64,000 nt of DNA from a virus. Each line of letters opens with the position of its first letter. The first letter of the stretch is position 1. Both the position numbers and the translations under genes were made by a program. The DNA is taken from IMG/VR virus record IMGVR_UViG_3300046648_000141, positions 3,914-67,913 of that record; one strand, written 5' to 3'. Shown in pieces: positions 28,335 through 37,789 of the stretch. The notes beneath the pieces were generated by a model, which made no database searches, was not told the origin of the DNA, and worked only from the letters and a program-made list of their open reading frames with translations.

Positions 28335-31300
28335 AAAATCAAAGCCCAAGATTGAGGTGACGCTCTACTACATGTCGGAGCACTTCGGCATCTGCCACGG
28401 GCCGCTTGATTTCATCTCCGAGATCAAGGTTTCTGAAAAGGTTGCCTGGACCGGCACGAAGTCCACACAGGGCGACATCACTATCAATGAACCGGAGCTG
28501 TTCGGCGGCGCCAAGAAAGAGGGCGGCGTCCAGGGCTCGGTGCATTTCCTGCCGGGCAACTATACGCAGACCATCCCGGAAACGATCGCGGCAAAGCATG
28601 GGCGCACGACGGCGACGATGCCGGCCTATCGCGGCATCGCCTCGGCGTTCTTCTATAACGGGCCGGGCGGGAGTGGGTTTTACTGGTCCGCCAACTCGCC
28701 CTACCTCCCGCCCGTCTGGATCAAGGCCGCGCGGGCGTCCGTGGCGCTGAGCGAGGAATACGCTCGCATCTGGCGCGGCGCGGAGCGCTCCACCCGGACG
28801 ATCTCCAACATCAATGTCGGCTTCACGGACACCGGCCGGAAGCTGTGGGACGTCGCCGGCTCCTATCTGGTGCACGCATCAACCGACCACACGCAGGTGA
28901 TAATCGAAGACCTCCGCACGGGCTCGGTGCGCGCCACGATCAATCTCGGCTACACGCCGGTCTGGGTTTACATCAGCGAATCCGCAAGTCAGGTCCTGGT
29001 CCTCGCGATCGACGGCACGATGCACGCCTACAACATGTTCGGCAGTGAAGTCACCTCGGTCGATACCCCGGACCCCACGCTCAGCGGGGCTGATGCAACC
29101 GCCAGCCTAACAATGGCGCCAACCGAGATTGTCGTTGACGGCGCCACCTATCTGTTCTGGATGCGCTTCAATGACGTCGTCTGTTGCACATACTCGGGCG
29201 GCGGCTGGGGCCTTAACTGGTATGGGCATCCGTGGGGTACGTTCGGAGTCGTCGGCGGCGTCATCGCCGCATCACCTGACCACCTGGTTATTCGCATGCC
29301 GTTCGGCGGCTGCTACTACGTGTTGTGGTCGCCTATCGCGCTCGACACCGTCTTTACCAATATCGATTTCCTGGGGCTCCTCGGTTGGCACGTCACGTCG
29401 TCTGACCCGATTCAGAGCGTTTCATATGTGCCGGACACCGGTACGTGGTTTTTCACAATCGGCGGCGGATTTGACGCCACTCTCAATTCCGATTGTACTG
29501 CCGTCGTTGCACAAGGCGTTACCGGCGTATCGTTTGGTACCGACACATCGCTTGCTCAGCCGGTTAAATCCCGTCGCATCCTGGACGGCTCAACCGCTGC
29601 CGCGTTTATCTCCTCGGCCGACGCCTATTTCGTTGACGTCACATCAGGCGACGTGATCGACAGCATCGCCTTTTCCGAGTTCGGTATAGCTAACGCGATT
29701 ACGCTGGACGCAGGCTGGTCCGAGGAAGAGCGCGCCTTTGTCCTCAAAACCCCCACCGCCGCCTATGTGCTCTTTCTGCCGACCAACGCCTTTGACAGTA
29801 ACCCGGCGCACATCATCTTTGATAGCCTTACGAACACCGACTGGGGCATGGGTTCGCCCACGACCGCCATTGACGTCGATAGCTTTCACAGCGCGGCAGC
29901 GGTGCTTTACGGCGAGCAGTTCGGTCTATCGATGATCTGGACGAAGCAATCCACCATCGAAAGCTTCATCGGCGAGGTTCTGGATCACATCGAGGCGGTA
30001 CTGTTCGTCAACCCGGCAACCGGTCTGCTGACCCTCAAGCTGATCCGCAATGATTACGACCCGGACGATCTGCCGATCTTCACGCCTGACAATTGCGTCG
30101 TGACCAGCTTCGGCCGGAAGCTGTGGGGTGAAACGATCAATGAGATCGTCGTCACCTTCACCAACCCGGCGAATGAGGAGGACCAGACGGTTATCGCCCA
30201 GGACCTCGCCAACATCGAGGCCCAGGGCGGCATCGTTTCCGATGGCCGCAATTACTACGGGGTGCGGGTCCGGTCGCTTGCCGCCGCCCTCGCCCAGCGT
30301 GACCTCCGGGCCGCCGCGACGCCGCTCGCCTCCTGTGACATCGACGCCAACCGTGAAGCGTGGGATTTGCTTCCCGGCGGGGTGCTGAAAATCCATTCCC
30401 CGGACGACGGCGTGGACAGCATCATCATGCGGGTTGGGCGAGTCGACTACGGCAAACCGGGTGAAGCCAGGGTCCGCGCCTCCCTCGTTGAAGACATCTT
30501 TTCGCTGCCGCTGGCCGACTACACCATCCCGCCGGACAGCGAATGGGAACCGGTGTCGGAAGAGCCGGCGCCGGCCGCTTCCACGCTCGTCTTCACCCTC
30601 CCCTATTATGTAATGATCAATGAGGTTGACGCCATCGTCCTGCTGACCGGGATTGAATATCCGGAGACCTTCGCCGGAGTGCTTGCCGCCCAGACCGGTC
30701 AAGACACGGCGGAGTTCGAGCTTTATGAAGCGGACGGCGATGACATCGGGACCAAGACCATCGTCAGCCGTGACGTGCTTGCGGCGGACATTCCGGCAGA
30801 GGTGGAAACGACGCTGCCGACCTTCCCTGACCGGACGCAAGGCGACGCGCCGACGGTCGGCGGCATGATCCTGATCGAAGGCGCGGATGATACCGAAACC
30901 GAGCTTTGCCTGATTACCGCCGGGAGCACGACCACGGGCTGGACGATCACACGCGGCGTGCTTGATACCGTCCCGCGCGCATGGCCGGCCGGCACGCCGG
31001 TCTGGTTCATCGATGAGAACCTTGAGAACACCGACGACACCATCCGATCGGAAGCGGAGACGGTCGATTACAAGGTGCTGACGCGGACTTCGCTCGGCCT
31101 GCTGGATTTCGGCGCCGCGCCGACCGTCTCCGCCACGCTTTCGGCCCGCCCGCATCTGCCGTCGCGGCCGGCTGACGTCAAGGTCGATGGCGATGACGGC
31201 TTCTCCGGCGCCGCAGTAGATGAGCGCGGCGTCGATCCCATCCCGGTCACATGGGCAAATCGAAACCGGCTGACCGAAGACACGGTTTTGCTCGCCTGGG

Positions 31301-31563
31301 ATGCCGGCGACGTGACCGCCGAGGACGGCCAGACCACTCGCATTGACATCCTCGATGCGTCTGGAACAGTGCTGACAACGCATGATGATTTGCCCGGCAC
31401 CAGCTTCGACGTTCCCGCTGCATCGTTCTCCGGAGTAGCGACCGGCAGGATCAAGGTCAGTGCCAAGCGCGATGATCTGATCTCCCTACAAGGGTACGAA
31501 ATCGCGGTGATGATCGACTCCGGCTACGGCGATGGCTACGGCTACAATTATGGAGGGGCCTGA
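28327..31563 (+). CDS. central tail fibre / baseplate hub protein with inserted domain
   Basis: LFGG.KKEGG, PAYRG, NPAHII..LT..WGMG, LKLIRNDY, RGVLDTVP. Confidence 0.85.
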   Translation: MGKKSKPKIEVTLYYMSEHFGICHGPLDFISEIKVSEKVAWTGTKSTQGDITINEPELFGGAKKEGGVQGSVHFLPGNYTQTIPETIAAKHGRTTATMPAYRGIASAFFYNGPGGSGFYWSANSPYLPPVWIKAARASVALSEEYARIWRGAERSTRTISNINVGFTDTGRKLWDVAGSYLVHASTDHTQVIIEDLRTGSVRATINLGYTPVWVYISESASQVLVLAIDGTMHAYNMFGSEVTSVDTPDPTLSGADATASLTMAPTEIVVDGATYLFWMRFNDVVCCTYSGGGWGLNWYGHPWGTFGVVGGVIAASPDHLVIRMPFGGCYYVLWSPIALDTVFTNIDFLGLLGWHVTSSDPIQSVSYVPDTGTWFFTIGGGFDATLNSDCTAVVAQGVTGVSFGTDTSLAQPVKSRRILDGSTAAAFISSADAYFVDVTSGDVIDSIAFSEFGIANAITLDAGWSEEERAFVLKTPTAAYVLFLPTNAFDSNPAHIIFDSLTNTDWGMGSPTTAIDVDSFHSAAAVLYGEQFGLSMIWTKQSTIESFIGEVLDHIEAVLFVNPATGLLTLKLIRNDYDPDDLPIFTPDNCVVTSFGRKLWGETINEIVVTFTNPANEEDQTVIAQDLANIEAQGGIVSDGRNYYGVRVRSLAAALAQRDLRAAATPLASCDIDANREAWDLLPGGVLKIHSPDDGVDSIIMRVGRVDYGKPGEARVRASLVEDIFSLPLADYTIPPDSEWEPVSEEPAPAASTLVFTLPYYVMINEVDAIVLLTGIEYPETFAGVLAAQTGQDTAEFELYEADGDDIGTKTIVSRDVLAADIPAEVETTLPTFPDRTQGDAPTVGGMILIEGADDTETELCLITAGSTTTGWTITRGVLDTVPRAWPAGTPVWFIDENLENTDDTIRSEAETVDYKVLTRTSLGLLDFGAAPTVSATLSARPHLPSRPADVKVDGDDGFSGAAVDERGVDPIPVTWANRNRLTEDTVLLAWDAGDVTAEDGQTTRIDILDASGTVLTTHDDLPGTSFDVPAASFSGVATGRIKVSAKRDDLISLQGYEIAVMIDSGYGDGYGYNYGGA

Positions 31564-32381
31564 TGGCTCAGAGAACACTTCCCGGCATTGGCCTCACCGG
31601 CTTCTGGCCGCTAGGATACGACGGCTGGAATACCGAGAATGACGTCAATCTCCGGCTCCTCTCCGCGCTTGTCCAGGCGCGGGCGATCAGCCGCACCACG
31701 GCGCTCCCCGGCTCCCCAACTGACGGTGACATTTACATCGTCCCGGACGGCGCCGGCAGTCACCCGAATGAGATTGCTATCCGTGATAACGGCGCCTGGG
31801 TCTACGTGGTGCCCGAGGAAGGCTTCAGGTTCTACGTCGATGACGACAATGAAAACATCCAGTTCGACGGCACGAATTGGATAGGATTTGCCGCCGGCCT
31901 TTCTGACGCGCCGAGTGACGGCACGATTTACGGGCGAAAGGACGCGGCCTGGGAAGCGGTGCCGAGCGGTCTCTCCGATGCTCCCAGCGATGGCACGATC
32001 TATGGGCGGAAAGACGCCGCTTGGGAGGCTGTGCCGGGCATCACCAGAATAGCCCTTTCGTTTTTCGCGGGCGGGACGCTCCTCGCCAACGAGGTGCTTT
32101 ATCGCTATCAGGCGACGGAAGGTTTCACCATTCCCGCCGGAATGACCGGCTCGCTTGGATCGTCCGGCACGGCGGCGACCGCCACACCGGCGCTATCGAT
32201 CAAGAAAAACGGCGCTTCGGTTGGCACGGCCACGTGGTCAGCAGCGGGCACCACGGCCACGCTGGCGATGGCATCGCCTACGGCTATGGTTGCGGGCGAT
32301 ATCCTGACCGTCGTCGCGCCCGCTTCGCCCGACGCCACCCTCGCCGATGTGTCCCTTACCATGCTCGGAGATTTGACATGA
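31563..32381 (+). CDS. DUF2793-like tail fibre protein with tandem foldon-like motifs
   Basis: P.SP.DGD.YIV..W....P.EG; 2x DAPSDG.IYGRKDAAW. Confidence 0.75.
   Translation: MAQRTLPGIGLTGFWPLGYDGWNTENDVNLRLLSALVQARAISRTTALPGSPTDGDIYIVPDGAGSHPNEIAIRDNGAWVYVVPEEGFRFYVDDDNENIQFDGTNWIGFAAGLSDAPSDGTIYGRKDAAWEAVPSGLSDAPSDGTIYGRKDAAWEAVPGITRIALSFFAGGTLLANEVLYRYQATEGFTIPAGMTGSLGSSGTAATATPALSIKKNGASVGTATWSAAGTTATLAMASPTAMVAGDILTVVAPASPDATLADVSLTMLGDLT
31896..32039 (+). repeat. 2 x 72-bp coding tandem repeat
   Basis: GLSDAPSDGTIYGRKDAAWEAVP identical in protein, many synonymous differences in DNA. Confidence 0.9.
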
Positions 32382-33367
32382 GTATCCTTGCCGCCGCCAC
32401 GTCCCGCGCCGACTTCTACACGGTGGGAACGGCTGCCGCCATCACGACGGCGGCCAAGATCGCGCCTTATGCCAAAGAGGGCGTTACCGTTTCGGATTTG
32501 TCAAGTTACGCGCGCCTTCTGTTTCCAGCCTTGGCCGAGGGCTGGATTCGGTTTCATGTAAACGTCAATGTCGCCATGTCAGCCAGCGTTACCGGGCAAA
32601 TGTTCCGCCTCAAGAGCGGCGAAGCCGGTCAAGCATTGTTCCAGTTGGACTTCGACGGGACCGCAGGGAATGCCCTCGAATACTGGAACGGCAGCGCGTT
32701 TGTCGAACTCGCCGGAGAGACGGTCACTTTCAGCGTCGCTCGCTTTAAGATCGATATCCAGTTCAAGATGGACGATTCGGCGGGGTACGTGCGTGTTTAT
32801 GTGAACGACACCCTTATTCACGAGATGACGGGTGACACGATATTTACGGCAGCAACGACGCTGGACACTATCGAGCTTTCATCCCCTTGCGTCGTCGGTC
32901 TTGGCAGCGGGCAATATGATTTTTCGGGGCTCATCATCGCCGACGAAGACACCCGATCAATGGTGTTCCATCAGGGGCAGGCGACGGCCAACGGAGCGGA
33001 CACGGCTTGGACAGGCGTATATACCGACGTCACGAAGCTTGATCGAAACGACAACACGTTCATCGAGTCCGGCACGGCGGCTCAACTTGAAACATACGTC
33101 ATGGATGACGTGCATACCGATCTCGCGGCTTACGTCCCGCGCGCAGTGGTTCTCTCCACCCGCACCCGGCGCGGCGCAACCGGCCCGCAGAATATGCAGG
33201 GCGTCGTCCGCCAGAGCGGCAGCGATTTCACCACCTCGAACATCTCCGGGATCAACACGGCTTACGGAACACGACAGGCGGTGATGGGCACCAACCCGGC
33301 GACCAGCGCGGCGTGGACGATAGCCGAAATCAACGCGGCTGAGTTCGGGGTTAAATCGATCGCATGA
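32378..33367 (+). CDS. beta-rich tail/receptor-binding protein (lectin-like)
   Basis: beta-sandwich-like sequence, C-terminal NPAT..AWT..EIN..EFG. Confidence 0.65.
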   Translation: MSILAAATSRADFYTVGTAAAITTAAKIAPYAKEGVTVSDLSSYARLLFPALAEGWIRFHVNVNVAMSASVTGQMFRLKSGEAGQALFQLDFDGTAGNALEYWNGSAFVELAGETVTFSVARFKIDIQFKMDDSAGYVRVYVNDTLIHEMTGDTIFTAATTLDTIELSSPCVVGLGSGQYDFSGLIIADEDTRSMVFHQGQATANGADTAWTGVYTDVTKLDRNDNTFIESGTAAQLETYVMDDVHTDLAAYVPRAVVLSTRTRRGATGPQNMQGVVRQSGSDFTTSNISGINTAYGTRQAVMGTNPATSAAWTIAEINAAEFGVKSIA

Positions 33368-34293
33368 CCTCTCCATCGCCTTTCACGTTTGTAGGCCTCA
33401 GCAGCGCGGCAGAGGTCGCAAGCGGCAACCTGACACTGGTCACGACCGGCGTCACGATCCAGACCGGCGATCTGGTCGTTGCCTGCATCGCCGCTCGCGG
33501 CAACGCGGCATTCTCGGCTCCAGATGCCAACTGGACGCTTGTTGAGCAGCAAAGCAGCGGCAACACCGATCTGACCGCCGCTACGGCCATCGCTTCCGGC
33601 GCGATGTTCGTCTGCCAATCATGGCCTGCCAGCGCCCCAAGCCTAGTCTTTACCCGAACCGCTGGCGATGTCGGGCGCGGCGTGCTGATGGTCTATCGCG
33701 GGCAGAAGGCTTCCGGCTCGCTGAACGTGCATAGTTCGAATACGCCCGGAGCGGCTACCACCACGCCGACGACCACGTCGATCTCCACGACGACCGAGGA
33801 AGAACTGATCGTCGCTATGGTCGCGGGCGCAGACAATGTGTCTATAGGACCATTCGTCGCGACGGACCCGTCCGTAGCAACCGGGGCGGTCACGACGGAT
33901 GATCTCGGGTGGGAACAGCAGTGGCTTTTGCGACATGCCAGCAATACCACTACCGGGGCCGACACTTCCCTCGGTGTAGCCGACGCCACAAAAACAGCCA
34001 CGGGTGCTACCGGTGCGGTCCAGTGCACTATGTCGGTTGCGTCCCGGCACGTGATGATCGCGGCGTCGTTCAAGAGTTCAGCCCAAGACCGCAGCACCGA
34101 GCAAGTCTCGAAGGCGTCCCGGTATGACGTGATGAAGCCGAATGACGGCGCGGTCAGCGTGACCAAGCTGTCGCGCTATGACGTCCTCATGGCTGTCGGC
34201 GTGGTGTCCACTACCAAATTCTCCCGCTACGACATCCTCGTTCCGGGCGAGAGCACGGTCAAACGGCGCGTCCAGAACGTCAACTATCTCTAA
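33364..34293 (+). CDS. Thr/Ala-rich virion protein
   Basis: GDLVVA.IA; C-terminal 3x K.SRYD(V/I) repeats. Confidence 0.65.
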   Translation: MTSPSPFTFVGLSSAAEVASGNLTLVTTGVTIQTGDLVVACIAARGNAAFSAPDANWTLVEQQSSGNTDLTAATAIASGAMFVCQSWPASAPSLVFTRTAGDVGRGVLMVYRGQKASGSLNVHSSNTPGAATTTPTTTSISTTTEEELIVAMVAGADNVSIGPFVATDPSVATGAVTTDDLGWEQQWLLRHASNTTTGADTSLGVADATKTATGATGAVQCTMSVASRHVMIAASFKSSAQDRSTEQVSKASRYDVMKPNDGAVSVTKLSRYDVLMAVGVVSTTKFSRYDILVPGESTVKRRVQNVNYL

Positions 34294-34319
34294 TCCCCGA
34301 ACATCAGGAGCGCCGGACG

Positions 34320-35180
34320 ATGGCGGCCAAGAATTTTGATGACTGCCTCGCGAGGGTGCTTGTCCACGAGGGCGGCTATGTCGATGACCCCAGGGACCCC
34401 GGCGGGGCGACAAATCAGGGCATCACCCAGCGGACTTATGACGCCTACCGGCGGAGCAAGAGGCAGTCCACCCGCGCCGTGCGGTTGATGACGCCGCCGG
34501 AGCGCAATGAGATTTACCGGCGGCAATACTGGGACGCGGTGCAGGGCGACACGTTGCCGGACGGACTCGATTCCGTTCTGTTTGACGGCGCCGTGCATAG
34601 CGGCCCGAAGCAGTCGATCAAATGGCTACAGCGAGCGCTCGGCAACTCCTACCACGGGACGATTGATGGAGTGATCGGCCTCGCCACCTTCGCGGCGCTG
34701 GAGTCGACCACGAACTATTCCCAGCTTATCGATCGGATTTGCGATCGGCGGCTGGCCTTTCTCCGGACACTCGACGGCTGGGCGCACTTCGGCAAAGGCT
34801 GGAAGCGGCGCGTTGACAATGTCCGGGCGGTCGCCAAGGCCGACGTTCTGGATATCAAGAATCCGTCCACGGTCCTTGCCGTCCCGTTGCCCGGCGGCGA
34901 GGCAAAGGCGAGGATCGAGGACGCGCGCCGGGCACCATCGAAAGCGCCCGGAGATGCGGCAACCGGCGGCGGGCTCGGCGGCCTCGGGATTGCCGGCGTC
35001 CTACAAGGGCTTCAAGAGCAACTGACACCATACAGCATCGCCGGCGGCTGGATTGGAAAGCTCGTGATTATCCTGGCCGTCAGCGGCGCGCTATTCACCA
35101 TCGGCGGCATCGCCTACCGCTGGTATGCGAAGCGGCAGCAAGCCAAGATCGCCGACGCGCTCGACGCGGTGCCGGCATGA
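34320..35180 (+). CDS. endolysin, GH108 + PG-binding domain, hydrophobic C-terminus
   Basis: HEGGYVDDPRDPGGATNQGIT, FD.AV.SG, WLQRALG..DG.IG..T, FGKGW..R. Confidence 0.93.
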   Translation: MAAKNFDDCLARVLVHEGGYVDDPRDPGGATNQGITQRTYDAYRRSKRQSTRAVRLMTPPERNEIYRRQYWDAVQGDTLPDGLDSVLFDGAVHSGPKQSIKWLQRALGNSYHGTIDGVIGLATFAALESTTNYSQLIDRICDRRLAFLRTLDGWAHFGKGWKRRVDNVRAVAKADVLDIKNPSTVLAVPLPGGEAKARIEDARRAPSKAPGDAATGGGLGGLGIAGVLQGLQEQLTPYSIAGGWIGKLVIILAVSGALFTIGGIAYRWYAKRQQAKIADALDAVPA

Positions 35181-35443
35181 TCGCCTACCTTGCAAGTCCG
35201 ATCGGCAAGATTGCCGCCGCCATCATCGTCGCCGCCGTGCTTGTCGGCGCCGGCTACATCAAGGGCCGGGAAGACGGCAAGCTCCGGCAAATGAAGGACA
35301 CAGTCGAGGCGGTTCAAAATCGCGGGGTGATCAACAATGAAGTTAGCAAACTTCCTGATTATAGCTTGTGCATCCGTCTTGGCGGCCTGCCAGACGACTG
35401 CGCTCAATTGCGCGGGATGGACGCCACCCCCCAAGGCAAATAA
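35177..35443 (+). CDS. i-spanin (Rz-like)
   Basis: N-terminal TM, follows endolysin, overlaps lipoprotein ORF. Confidence 0.65.
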   Translation: MIAYLASPIGKIAAAIIVAAVLVGAGYIKGREDGKLRQMKDTVEAVQNRGVINNEVSKLPDYSLCIRLGGLPDDCAQLRGMDATPQGK

Positions 35444-35534
35444 CCCGGTGCGGCTGGTGCAGGAGGAACAAGGTCTTTCCCGCTGGATCATCGCAACCGA
35501 TCAGTTCGGAAAGAAACAAGGTTGCTGGAAATAG
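35337..35534 (+). CDS. o-spanin (Rz1-like lipoprotein)
   Basis: lipobox LAA-C, Pro-rich, overlapping reading frame. Confidence 0.7.
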   Translation: MKLANFLIIACASVLAACQTTALNCAGWTPPPKANNPVRLVQEEQGLSRWIIATDQFGKKQGCWK

Positions 35535-35545
35535 GAGAAATTCCG

Positions 35546-35749
35546 ATGCCGCTTTTGCAGATGCTTTTGGTGATCTTGGTCATCTCGCTTGTCGCCGCCC
35601 TTGTTGCCGGCGTGCTTGTCTTCCTGATCCGGAGCGCGCCCTTCCTGCCTGAACCTTATAAGGCGTGGGCAGTATGGGCGGTCATCGCGATCGTCGCGCT
35701 GGTCGCGCTGATCAAGATTTTGCCGGCAGTGGGAGTGCCCACCTATTGA
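35546..35749 (+). CDS. two-TM membrane protein (holin candidate)
   Basis: two hydrophobic helices separated by PFLPEPYK. Confidence 0.55.
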   Translation: MPLLQMLLVILVISLVAALVAGVLVFLIRSAPFLPEPYKAWAVWAVIAIVALVALIKILPAVGVPTY

Positions 35750-36213
35750 ACGTGCGCGCCGCTCTTGCCATTGGGTGGCGCTGGTTTGCCCACGCATCCG
35801 GCGTCATCCTCATCGCCGGGGCAATCTCCTTCGGCGTCCTGCATCTCTTCTCGATCAATGGCCCCGTCGTTACCGTGACCGAGGGGCCGGGCTACATTTC
35901 CAGCGTCGTGCCCTACCGAGGGGTCCTGACCTACAAGATTTCGACCGAGCGCCACGCCTCCTGTCCCGGCCGGGTGATCGTCAGTTTTACCTTCCAGGGC
36001 GGGGGTCCGCCGGTTACCGTGCTCTTGAGCCGGCCGATCCTTTCCACCGAGATCAAGCAGACTGACGACGCCACTATTTATTTTCAACTGCCGGAGAACG
36101 TTTACCCCGGCCGCTGGTTATTCCGGTCAGTTGTGGACAGCACATGTCCGACCTATTCGCGCCAGGATGTAACCGCACAATTCCCGTTCGAGGTGACCCA
36201 CAATGTGGACTGA
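35746..36213 (+). CDS. membrane-anchored protein with beta-rich exported domain
   Basis: N-terminal TM; two Cys (SCPG, TCP). Confidence 0.6.
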   Translation: MNVRAALAIGWRWFAHASGVILIAGAISFGVLHLFSINGPVVTVTEGPGYISSVVPYRGVLTYKISTERHASCPGRVIVSFTFQGGGPPVTVLLSRPILSTEIKQTDDATIYFQLPENVYPGRWLFRSVVDSTCPTYSRQDVTAQFPFEVTHNVD

Positions 36214-36577
36214 CATCCTCAATTTCTTCGGCGCCGAACGCTATTCCCAGCACTCCATCTGCCTGACCAATGATCCGGTCATGATCTTCCTCTATGTGCT
36301 GTCTGATCTTTCCACCTTCGCGTCTTATTTCGCGATCGGCCTTTCACTGATTATCATAGCGCGCGTTCCGCCCATCCGCGTGAGGCCAACGATGCGGCTC
36401 TTGTTCGGGTCTTTCATCTTCCTATGCGGTCTTTCCCATCTCACAAGCGTAATTACCCTCTTCACCGGCGTCTATCGTCTCGACATCCTTGTCAGAGCCG
36501 CGATGGCCGCCGTCTCGGTCATGACCGCAATCGCCGTTGTAAACGACTATTTCCGTCAACAGCCGAAGAGCACGTGA
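36203..36577 (+). CDS. stand-alone ethylene-receptor-like (ETR1-type) transmembrane domain
   Basis: SD35..Y42FAI..F68GSFI72FLC75GLSH79..VS105..T108A, same spacing as ETR1 D25/Y32/I62/C65/H69. Confidence 0.78.
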   Translation: MWTDILNFFGAERYSQHSICLTNDPVMIFLYVLSDLSTFASYFAIGLSLIIIARVPPIRVRPTMRLLFGSFIFLCGLSHLTSVITLFTGVYRLDILVRAAMAAVSVMTAIAVVNDYFRQQPKST

Positions 36578-36578
36578 G

Positions 36579-36782
36579 ATGGATGCGGAGGCGTTCTTGA
36601 CCGTCACGGCAACATTCCTCATCGCCATCAGTTGCGGCGTCATCACGTATCGGGTTTCCATCCGGCAAGCGAAACAGGAGATCGACGCGGCCTTCCAGCA
36701 GCACATTGAGCGGATGCACCACGAGCATCGCCAGTTCGTTGAAGAGGTTGCGGAGACGGTCGAGCAAGAACCGAAGGACTGA
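36579..36782 (+). CDS. single-TM protein
   Basis: N-terminal TM, His/Glu-rich tail. Confidence 0.55.
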   Translation: MDAEAFLTVTATFLIAISCGVITYRVSIRQAKQEIDAAFQQHIERMHHEHRQFVEEVAETVEQEPKD

Positions 36783-36785
36783 GAT

Positions 36786-37112
36786 GTGGACCTCGCACCT
36801 TTTCTCACGTTCGGCGGAGCCGTCCTGACGGCTGTGTTCACGGTCATCGGTACTATCTATGTCGCCCGCTCCCGGACGAAGACCGATCTTGGCGCTTCCA
36901 TCACCAGCGGCTTCCGGGAATTGACCGATCAGCTCCAGGAGGAGCGCAGCCAGTTGAGCGAGATCATCAAGCGGCAGCGGGAGGAGTTGGCGGACGTCGA
37001 AAAGGTGACGGACAGGCAAGAGCACACAATTCGGCGAATGCGCCGCCGTGTGGCCCTCCTGGAAAACAAACTGGCAAAGGCCGGGCTAGATATACCGCCC
37101 GGCGATCAATAG
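36786..37112 (+). CDS. single-TM coiled-coil protein (holin/antiholin candidate)
   Basis: N-terminal TM plus long heptad region; end of lysis operon. Confidence 0.55.
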   Translation: MDLAPFLTFGGAVLTAVFTVIGTIYVARSRTKTDLGASITSGFRELTDQLQEERSQLSEIIKRQREELADVEKVTDRQEHTIRRMRRRVALLENKLAKAGLDIPPGDQ

Positions 37113-37118
37113 CGTTCC

Positions 37119-37457
37119 TTAACGAAATTCGGGCGGCTTGCGGACATTGTCCGGAGCGTCCGCGAACATCGGCGCGATCTGAGCCGGGGTGTAGCCGGCG
37201 AGGCCGCACCCGATCGCCGTGAGATTGAATGTCAGCTCCGGGTGATTGCGCGCGAACTCCAGGAAGCGCTCGACATGCATCCGAATGTTATCCAGGTGCA
37301 GCGTCCGAATATAATGGTCCTTCGTCGGAATGCCGTAAGACCTCCCTTGAAGGCCCTCACCCCGCCCGTAAATCGCCCCGTGATTTTTGAGGGCAAACAA
37401 CGCCGCGCCCTTCCCGTGCCGGCCGGCGAGATTGCTCCCGAAGACGAAGATATTCAT
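37119..37457 (-). CDS. macrodomain-like phage protein (A1S_2505-like)
   Basis: IFVFGSNLAGRHGKGAA..A, SYGIPTK, T.IGCGLAG. Confidence 0.75.
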   Translation of the reverse strand: MNIFVFGSNLAGRHGKGAALFALKNHGAIYGRGEGLQGRSYGIPTKDHYIRTLHLDNIRMHVERFLEFARNHPELTFNLTAIGCGLAGYTPAQIAPMFADAPDNVRKPPEFR

Positions 37458-37720
37458 AGCGGGTCTATCCCTTCTCTGACGGCGGCCCAAATCCACGCTG
37501 AGATCGCCGCCCGGCTCGTCAGACCGTCGATCGATCTGCGCAGCTCCTCAACCTTTTCACCTTCCCAGAGCGGCCCGGCAATCCACTGCCGGAGATAGGC
37601 GCGCATCGCCGCGACGTGCTCCGGCGACATCTCCCCGCCGCTCAGATACGCCTCGACGGCCGGCCGCAATACGCCGCTCGTTTCATTCATCCAATAGGCG
37701 GGCTGGTGAATGATCTTCAA
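37454..37720 (-). CDS. hypothetical protein
   Basis: YWMNETSGVLRPAVEAYL..RAYLRQWI; AGGAG RBS before TTG. Confidence 0.6.
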   Translation of the reverse strand: MKIIHQPAYWMNETSGVLRPAVEAYLSGGEMSPEHVAAMRAYLRQWIAGPLWEGEKVEELRRSIDGLTSRAAISAWIWAAVREGIDPL

Positions 37721-37789
37721 TCTCGATACTCCTGATGTTCCCTCCCGGCGCGGGCTGGAACTCCTGACCAACGGCGCCCGCGCCCACCT

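Noticed and set aside
29926-31383. 485-aa minus-strand ORF
   Set aside because: Shadow of the tail protein in high-GC DNA; no motifs
31563-34293. Diversity-generating retroelement or invertible tail-fibre cassette
   Set aside because: No reverse transcriptase or invertase, and no TR/VR pair seen; the 72-bp repeat differs synonymously, not at adenines
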